Source: Octopus sinensis (Eukaryota). From it: 6,011 nucleotides of DNA. Position 1 is the first letter of the stretch. Each line of letters opens with the position of its first letter. The notes below the pieces were generated by a model. The model was given only the letters and a program-made list of their open reading frames with translations. It did not search any database and was not told the origin of the DNA. The stretch covers positions 1 to 6,011 of the forward strand of contig NW_021829549.1 of assembly GCF_006345805.1 (NCBI RefSeq), given 5' to 3'. The position numbers and the translations under genes were made by a program. Positions 1 to 5,947 of the stretch are shown here, piece after piece.

Positions 1-480
1 GGGCGCTAGATGATAAGCAATGTTTCATGCGGCCCCACTTCTCAAAAAACTTTTCCCATGCCTAGTCTAGCTAGTTGCTATTTTTTAACTACAAAAAGTC
101 AGCCATTCTCGAGCCGATGCATGACCAATGTTGTTACAGCTCTGACCATTCCTAATACTTGTAGCAGTGCTAGTATGCGTCATCTTTTCTGAAGCATGAT
201 TGTCCAGTGACCCTCGGGATTTTTTTGATTTCGTGGTACTCTAGATATTAAACAAAAATTACTGCGGTACTTCATATAGAAATTTTAAAAGCTGTTTTAA
301 AAAATTTGAAACTATTTTATAAGAAATTTAAAATAAACTTTACAGAGATGTACTTGCATAGCAAGTGACTTGATCTGAGATCGTGTGCTGGAACGAAAAC
401 AATTGCAGTGTGGAAGGTTTTTATAAGCCATTTAAGAAACACACAAAAACCGTTAGATTCACTTCAGCATTTAAATTTTA

Positions 481-530
481 TTGGTCAAAATATTTCGTCG
501 CTTTTAGACCGCGACCTGTTCACTGACAAA
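481..530 (-). ncRNA. Second, more degenerate copy of the variant hammerhead ribozyme
   Basis: The minus strand reads TTTGTCA-GTGAACA-G-GTCGC-GGTCTAAAA-GCGAC-GAAA-TAT-TT-TGACCAA. The core and stem II are intact. Stem I has one mismatch and the helix III region is one A shorter than in the plus copy. Confidence 0.55.
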
Positions 531-558
531 ACTTGCATCGTAAGATGCAGCACGCAGT

Positions 559-609
559 TTTGTCAGTGAACAGGTCGCGGTCACAAAGCGACGAAAATAT
601 TTTGACAAA
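559..609 (+). ncRNA. Variant minimal type I hammerhead ribozyme (G3-C8 core)
   Basis: Stem I is TTTGTCA 559-565 / TGACAAA 603-609 (7 bp). The core is GTGAACA 566-572, followed by an extra G573. Stem II is GTCGC 574-578 / GCGAC 588-592 with a 9-nt loop. GAAA lies at 593-596, helix III is the palindrome AATATT 596-601, and H17 is U602. Predicted cleavage is between 602 and 603. Confidence 0.7.
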
Positions 610-939
610 TTAAATTTAAATGTGAATCTAACGGTTTTTGTGTGCTTCTTAAATGGCTTATAAACACCTTCCACGCTGCAATTGTTAAAATAAACTATTG
701 CATAGTTTGTATTAATCATATTATTGTACAACAAAATTCTGAATATTGAGTTTTTTTCAACATGCTGAAGAACTTGTATGGAATTTTTATAGCCTTGAAT
801 TATACTTTTTAAAACCCACAATGCCCCCTGAAAATCTTTAAGACGCACTAATAATGAACCTTCGCGGTAGAGGATAATTTTAGAGAGATTTGATTGCTAT
901 TTCTAGCGAGTCGAGGAACCATGGAGAAGCACTCTCTTT

Positions 940-1117
940 ACTTCCGGTGACGTTAATAGAGGCACAGTAGGGTAACATTACCAGCTGTAAACAACAACAC
1001 AACGATTAGCTGATTTAAGGTCTCATGAACATTTCATAAACGCGGATGAACGCGCGCGCGCTCACGCACAGATGCACACATACTGATAAATAGGTTAGTA
1101 AACAAATGGTGTAAATA
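940..1117. promoter_or_regulatory. Possible promoter/enhancer motif cluster (ETS, CRE half-site, E-box, three forkhead sites)
   Basis: ACTTCCGG 940-947 abuts TGACGT 948-953. Also present are CAGCTG 982-987, GTAAACA 987-993 and 1098-1104, and GTAAATA 1111-1117. These are short motif matches only. Confidence 0.3.
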
Positions 1118-1270
1118 GAAAGTCGAGGGTGAAAGAAACAGGGGACCAAGGGAACAAGAAGAATGAGGTAGACAGGAGTTTAGAACCATTCATGGTGAGT
1201 ATCAATGCGAGTGTGAGAGAGAAGAGACAAATGATAGCATGTGTGTGCAGATACATCAAGTGTATAATTA

Positions 1271-1322
1271 TATTCTTTTACTTGTTTCAGTCATTTGACT
1301 GCGACCAAGCTGGAGCACCGCC

Positions 1323-1325
<3 letters not shown>
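1271..1325 (-). mobile_element. 5'-truncated SINE 3'-tail fragment (octopus-type)
   Basis: The minus strand reads AAAGGCGGTGCTCCAGCTTGGTCGCAGTCAAATGACTGAAACAAGTAAAAGAATA. This matches from memory a very abundant octopus SINE tail ending in an A-rich stretch. Not database-verified. Confidence 0.6.

Positions 1326-1328
<3 letters not shown>

Positions 1329-1368
<40 letters not shown>
1329..1368. repeat. (TA)20 microsatellite
   Basis: Read directly from the sequence. Confidence 0.97.
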
Positions 1369-1371
<3 letters not shown>

Positions 1372-1534
1372 AGAATTCACGAAAAAAAAAAAGACGAAGA
1401 CAGGTGGTGTAGACAGCAACACAGATGTATTAGTTTTAAGTCGGGAAGTGAAAGTCTTTAACATTTTGAGCCTATGCTCTTCCGCAGAAAGAAACAGGAG
1501 GAGAAAAATAAAGAATGTGTAGTGGCTAGCGATC

Positions 1535-1537
<3 letters not shown>

Positions 1538-1581
<44 letters not shown>
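1538..1581. repeat. (TA)22 microsatellite
   Basis: Read directly from the sequence. Confidence 0.97.
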
Positions 1582-1582
<1 letters not shown>

Positions 1583-1646
1583 GCGCGTTCGTACCAATTT
1601 CTATTTGTGACAAAAGTTAGAAGCCTGATGTGTACATATATGTGGA

Positions 1647-1796
1647 TGTGTGTGTGTGTGTACAATTATGTGCAGTGTGTGTAGTGGATAAATTATCTAC
1701 GCAATTATGTGTGCGTATATATAATTATGGACGCGCGCGCGCGTGTATGGATGTATGTATGTGTTTATGTGTGTGCGTGTGTGTGTGTGTGTGTGT
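1647..1796. repeat. Imperfect TG-rich compound microsatellite: (TG)7 at 1647-1660, (CG)6 at 1732-1743, (GT)10 at 1777-1796
   Basis: Read directly from the sequence; interspersed with AATTAT motifs. Confidence 0.9.
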
Positions 1797-2027
1797 ATAA
1801 TTACCTGTGCATGTCAGTGTGAATGAGTTTCTGTGTTTGACAGTTTGTGGCAAAGTTATGAAAGCTTCTGGTTTATGGCTTTATAATAAAGTTTATTTTC
1901 ATTGAATCTCGAACATGAATAAGTGATAGCTATGTAATAAACCTCATTCCAGTTGACCACACCCATCTACCTGCCTATACTTATTCTTTGACTGTGTATA
2001 TACGTGGGTGTGTATGAAACAGTGCAA

Positions 2028-2046
2028 ACATATACACATATGTATG

Positions 2047-2087
<41 letters not shown>

Positions 2088-2152
2088 ATATATATATATA
2101 TATGTGTGTGTATATATATATATATATGTGTGTGTATATATATATATATATA

Positions 2153-2183
<31 letters not shown>

Positions 2184-2195
2184 GTGTGTATATAT
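2028..2195. repeat. Higher-order compound microsatellite [(TA)n(TG)m] array within a 168-bp strictly alternating purine/pyrimidine tract
   Basis: The core reads (TA)13(TG)4(TA)8(TG)4(TA)8(TG)4(TA)9(TG)5(TA)10(TG)3 at 2053-2188. Confidence 0.95.
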
Positions 2196-2480
2196 TAATA
2201 TATATATATATGTTATATATATGTATATACACATTGTTGTTTATACATGTGGTATATGTTTATATTGTATGTGTATAATTAGACAAATTAGTAGAGAATA
2301 TACGTATGGAAATTATGTATGCATGCATATATATATATGTGTGTGTTGTGTGTGTATAAGTATAAATATACATATATATATATATAGATGTAAGTATAAA
2401 TATATATTTATTGTAACTATAAATACATATTTATGTTTACAATATATATATATAATAGTAATGTAAAGAATATATATATG

Positions 2481-2527
<47 letters not shown>

Positions 2528-2660
2528 TATATAATATATACACACACACATGTGTATACATTTATTTATTTGTCCATTTGTACATGTTTGCATATATATA
2601 CACACTTAGGTTTATGTTTGTATGTACACACATATATATTTGTGTGAGAGAGGGGGAGAG
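2196..2660. repeat. Degenerate TA/TG/CA low-complexity region including (TA)21 at 2485-2526
   Basis: Read directly from the sequence; TAAGTATAAATATA is duplicated at 2357-2370 and 2391-2404. Confidence 0.9.
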
Positions 2661-3065
2661 CGGGAGTGACATGTATGGAATGTATGTAGAAATCTAATAA
2701 AACGCTTTTCGACAAATATTTACCTATTTATCCAAGAAAGTAACTCAACTTTAGGCAAACGTTTCGATTTATTTATGAAAAGGACAGAAGCATTTCATTC
2801 CGGAGAGCTTTCTGATTTTTCTGATTAATTTTTCTCTCTTAAAACATTAGCAACTTAATAAACAACACTCTTTATAACTCAGTAATAACAGCAGATTGCC
2901 AGTGTAAAGACTGCTGATGGTGGAGCTGGTCGGGTCGATGGCGGTTGGAAATACATTAACGGATTCTCTGCTGTGAAAAGAGACAAAGACATAACACGCT
3001 ACCGATGCTTATTATATATAATATTATAGATGAAGCCATCACTGTCATTTAACCATTCATCGCGT

Positions 3066-3161
3066 CTAAACGTCAGAAATGGAGATGAGCCGGCGGCGGA
3101 TCCCCTTCTTTGCGCTCGCTTCGCTTCTTCTGACAGAAAGAGTATTTGAATCCCCTTCAGG
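3066..3161 (-). CDS. Candidate terminal coding exon PEGDSNTLSVRRSEASAKKGIRRRLISISDV* (unidentified gene)
   Basis: The minus-strand acceptor is tttcctgtattttgtag|CCT (AG at 3163-3162). Phase 0 is open for 31 codons to TAG at 3068-3066. The segment is GC/CpG-rich in an AT-rich context and ends in S-D-V. No homolog is recognised, and other frames and the opposite strand are also partly open. Confidence 0.25.
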   Translation of the reverse strand, partial: PEGDSNTLSVRRSEASAKKGIRRRLISISDV

Positions 3162-3632
3162 CTACAAAATACAGGAAACGTTTGATAATCTGGTCATGGG
3201 TTCATAACATATAGAAAAATAAACAAAGAAAAAAAAAACAGGATGTTCATGGATGGAATGTCTATAATCATTGCACTTTCTCGTTGGGGTTGACCTAGGG
3301 CTAAATGACACTATTATCTGTCAATGTCGGGCTGTCTATCTGTTAACTTGGTATTCTGGTTCTGACCACACAATCTTCTTTACGCTATGTTCTACATTCA
3401 GTACCTTTTCCTTTGAATTTTTGTGTTTCATTTTCTTCTCATTTTTTCCTTATTTGTTAATTTTGAAGATGTACTTGCGTCCGAAACGTAAAATATGTAT
3501 TTCTAATCATATCTTGTTTTACATGCTGTAATGCTTAATTTTTCCTGCATAAATTATCTAATTATGCCCTAATATGTAAATGAATAAGGGGAAATTTTAG
3601 CTGGTATTTGTAATGTAATGTCTCCTTCATAG

Positions 3633-3648
3633 GTTCATTAAATTCAAG
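3633..3648 (+). other. Candidate 16-nt microexon GTTCATTAAATTCAAG
   Basis: Acceptor gtaatgtctccttcatag| and donor CAAG|gtaaat. Splice-site pattern only. Confidence 0.2.
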
Positions 3649-3876
3649 GTAAATGTGAGATTACGATGTACCAATGTGAGACACTCGGAGAGGCGTATTC
3701 TTGAATTCCAATCTGTTTTTGTGTCATTTAATATTTCTGAATGACCACAGTTATGGCTTCTGTAGATACAAGCGTTGAGTTCAGTTTCTATGTCGCCGTT
3801 TAGATTGCAGCATGTATGATAAGTAACAAAAATCGTCTTAATCAAACGGAACGGAATAACTTACCACACCGCATTT

Positions 3877-3900
3877 TCTCTCTCTCTCTCTCTCTCTCTC
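3877..3900. repeat. (TC)12 microsatellite within a pyrimidine tract extending to about 3933
   Basis: Read directly from the sequence. Confidence 0.95.
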
Positions 3901-4175
3901 TTCCCTTCACGCACCCTCTCTCTCCTTCTCTCTAACAACTGGTTCACTCGCTCAACTATGGTATCATAAGCCCGGTTAACAAGAGATACAAAGTTCAATA
4001 TTTGTGAGTGGCTTTGATGCTCGTTTAAGGTCTAGAAATTATAACATCTGCAAATTGATTTATGTTACGAAACAATTAGACGCGTATTTTACATTCATGT
4101 AAAACTCGGAGTAGTCGCTTTCCATACTGAATAGTGGAAAATTGCCCCCTTTCTTTTTCTTTCTTTCTCTCACTG

Positions 4176-4200
4176 TATATATATATATATATATATATAT
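4176..4200. repeat. (TA)12 microsatellite
   Basis: Read directly from the sequence. Confidence 0.95.
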
Positions 4201-4364
4201 TATAAATAGATGAGTGTATTTTACCTTGTTAACAATTAACAATTAAGAGAAGATTGCATTGTTTATACCTTTTATTCTTTTGAATAAGTATCAGTGGAAT
4301 TTTTGAAACATATGTAGAAAGTAAAAATACTTGTTTAAACCTGCGTTAACTCCATTTTTTATTC

Positions 4365-4414
<50 letters not shown>
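4365..4414. repeat. (AT)11(GT)14 compound microsatellite abutting the SINE head
   Basis: Read directly from the sequence. Confidence 0.95.
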
Positions 4415-4416
<2 letters not shown>

Positions 4417-4717
4417 AGGCGCAATGGCCCAGTGGTTAGGGCAGCGGACTCGCGGTCGTAGGATCGCGGTGTCGATTCCCGGACCGGGCGTTGTGAGTGT
4501 TTAAGGAGCGAAAAACACCTAAGGCTCCCCGAGGCTCCGGCAGGGGGTGGTGGCGATCCCTGCTGCACTCTTTCGCCACAACTTTCTCTCATTCTTTTTT
4601 CTGTTGGCCTGCTCACTTAGCCAGCGGGGTGGCGTCAATTGAAGGCTAAAACAATGCGAAGCGCATTGTGACCAGCGATGTGTAACAACATCTGATAGCC
4701 TGGTCGATCACGGTGAT
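4415..4717 (+). mobile_element. Full-length tRNA-derived SINE (octopus-type)
   Basis: The tRNA-like head has a Pol III A box TGGCCCAGTGG (4425-4435) and a B-box-like GGTGTCGATTCC (4468-4479). The GC-rich body has hairpin GCAGGG/CCCTGC (4540-4563), and the structured 3' tail has hairpins at 4651-4669 and 4670-4705. The head matches from memory abundant octopus SINEs. Confidence 0.9.
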
Positions 4718-5022
4718 ATATATATAATCGGAAAGGTGCGACAGAAGGTGCGAGGCTTTACTAAATGGTATGAGCACAGGAGACGAATTCCACGCTTCAT
4801 TCCTACAACCGACGATGTTAGACTATTATCATAGAGTTAGATAGGATCGTGTGCTTGGTCAATACGTTGTCTTTTGCTGGTAATGCTGAAGAGGAGGAGG
4901 GGAAGCGGAGCGGTACCTTTGCTGCGCAGGTGGGTATCCAGCTCATGTACTTGAGGTTTTGCCGATCACCTGAAACACGTGTACGTTATATAAAGTATAA
5001 ACATACCGATTATGTTTACTGT

Positions 5023-5026
<4 letters not shown>

Positions 5027-5057
<31 letters not shown>

Positions 5058-5117
5058 TGCCACACACACGCGCGCGCACACACATACACACACACACAGA
5101 GCCATACAGACACACAC
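5027..5117. repeat. Compound (CA)n microsatellite: (CA)14 at 5027-5054 and (CG)4 at 5069-5076
   Basis: Read directly from the sequence. Confidence 0.93.
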
Positions 5118-5236
5118 TTAACGACTTGCTAATTAGAACAAACTCAATACCATGTTAGTTCGACCATGGTAGAATATATAAAATATACATAACTGAACCT
5201 TTTGCGAATCACTCTAAGAATCGTTCAAGCGCGTCG

Positions 5237-5312
5237 CGCACACACACACAAACACACACACATACACACACACACAAACAAACAAACACGCACATACACA
5301 CACACATACATA
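5237..5312. repeat. Imperfect (CA)n/(CAAA)n microsatellite
   Basis: Read directly from the sequence. Confidence 0.9.
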
Positions 5313-5538
5313 TACAAGGGGTTGCCGTAAAGTTCCTGGTTTTGCATAAAAGAAAATACAGGAGGATCAGTTAATTATGATTTTAACGAACCTATTCCTT
5401 TCTCTGATTCACAACACACTTATTGCAACAGTCCTTCGGTTTTTCTAAGTCCTATAAAGAAACTCGGAAGTTTGGTCCTCCATCTAGGCATTTCGCAATA
5501 CCCTTAAAGCCAGGAACTTTTCTCTACCCCTTCGTTTA
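5311..5538 (-). mobile_element. Decayed non-autonomous Tc1/mariner element (MITE), about 228 bp including flanking TA
   Basis: TIR cores AAAGTTCCTGGTTTT (5329-5343) and AAAGCCAGGAACTTT (5506-5520) are 14/15 complementary, with more decayed GGGG-containing outer parts. TA lies at both ends (5311-5312, 5537-5538), and there is an internal transposase C-terminal remnant. Confidence 0.85.
5383..5448 (-). pseudogene. Mariner transposase C-terminal remnant LEKPKDCCNKCVVNQRKE*VR*
   Basis: It resembles the conserved mariner C-terminus (G-I/L-x-K-L-x-x-R-W-x-K-C-V-x-x-x-G-x-Y-V-E-stop). It has an internal stop and ends shortly before the TIR. Confidence 0.7.
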
Positions 5539-5866
5539 TGCATGCTTCTTACCTTGGTTTGTCTATAGAAAGAACATTACGTATTCCATGGGAAAGGCAT
5601 CAACGGCTACCCTTCCCCACAGTCTCAACAGAGTTGATCCACAACGTTTTCAAGATATCTGATCACGAAAAGGTCATGGAACTATCTCTAATGCGTAGGA
5701 TAAATAAATATTTGAACACCCACACCACACACACACACCACACAACACAACTATATGTATATGTAGTGGTATCAGGTTTCGTTCTTGCTAAGCTAGTCGC
5801 CCATATCGTTTTTTTTTCTACCTGGACGCCTTCCTACAGCTCCTATTCTTCCCTCTTCTAACGTAT

Positions 5867-5908
5867 TCTCTCTCTCCCCTCCATCTCTCTCTCTCTCTCT
5901 TCTCTCTC

Positions 5909-5946
<38 letters not shown>
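5867..5946. repeat. (TC)n tract followed by a perfect (TATC)9 (GATA-type) tetranucleotide repeat at 5911-5946
   Basis: Read directly from the sequence; a short CTCACTCCAY tandem follows at 5961-5980. Confidence 0.95.

Positions 5947-5947
<1 letters not shown>

Larger units (their letters stand above)
340..686. mobile_element. Probable Penelope-like retroelement (PLE) pseudo-LTR fragments in inverted head-to-head arrangement, non-autonomous
   Basis: Each arm carries a minimal type I hammerhead fold near the symmetry axis. Minimal hammerheads and inverted pLTR structures are established PLE hallmarks. The unit is bounded by a 12-bp direct repeat, TTAAAATAAACT, at 328-339 and 685-696. No RT or GIY-YIG coding sequence is visible, so the class assignment is inference. 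Confidence 0.55.
398..686. repeat. Long inverted repeat (foldback): arms 398-533 (136 bp) and 556-686 (131 bp), 22-bp spacer
   Basis: Manual alignment of the left arm with the reverse complement of the right arm gives 123/130 identical aligned bases, plus a 6-nt indel (ttcagc) and a 1-nt indel. It runs from AACAATTGCAG at 398 to CTGCAATTGTT ending at 686. Confidence 0.97.

Noticed and set aside
581-625. Pseudoknot between ribozyme loop II (TCACA) and downstream TGTGA
   Set aside because: Both partners differ in the other arm, so the pairing is not conserved.
398-686. Foldback interpreted as a classical TIR MITE or parvoviral ITR
   Set aside because: The structure is asymmetric, with a 58-bp unpaired left extension and no short TA/TTAA-type TSD at the arm ends. 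The internal hammerhead folds favour a PLE or retrozyme origin, though this is not excluded without a database search.
504-848. 114-aa minus-strand ORF across the foldback
   Set aside because: It has a non-ATG start, no recognisable RT or GIY-YIG motif, and runs antisense to the right-arm ribozyme.
1129-1461. 110-aa ORF
   Set aside because: It reads through a SINE fragment and (TA)20, so it is a chance ORF.
2409-2444. Imperfect AT-rich hairpin
   Set aside because: It is expected by chance in near-pure A/T sequence.
1944-2605. Eight overlapping ORFs rich in Y/I/V/C/T/H
   Set aside because: They are translations of (TA)n/(TG)n/(CA)n tracts, which lack stop codons.
3627-3845. 72-aa minus-strand ORF or internal exon
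   Set aside because: It has no recognisable domain, a TTG start and a weak donor (GTACAT).
4418-4490. tRNA gene
   Set aside because: A and B boxes are present, but the acceptor and anticodon arms are imperfect and the sequence continues into a SINE body. It is a SINE head.
4359-4616. 85-aa minus-strand ORF
   Set aside because: It is the antisense of the SINE plus a microsatellite.
4880-4989. Second, canonical-core hammerhead (CTGAAGA 4886-4892, GAAACACGTGTA 4972-4983)
   Set aside because: Stem I needs two G-U pairs. Stem II would span about 78 nt with only about 2 bp at its base, so it is most likely chance.
5423-5861. 79-aa and 107-aa plus-strand ORFs
   Set aside because: They have non-ATG or repeat-derived starts, overlap the MITE and low-complexity DNA, and have no recognisable product.
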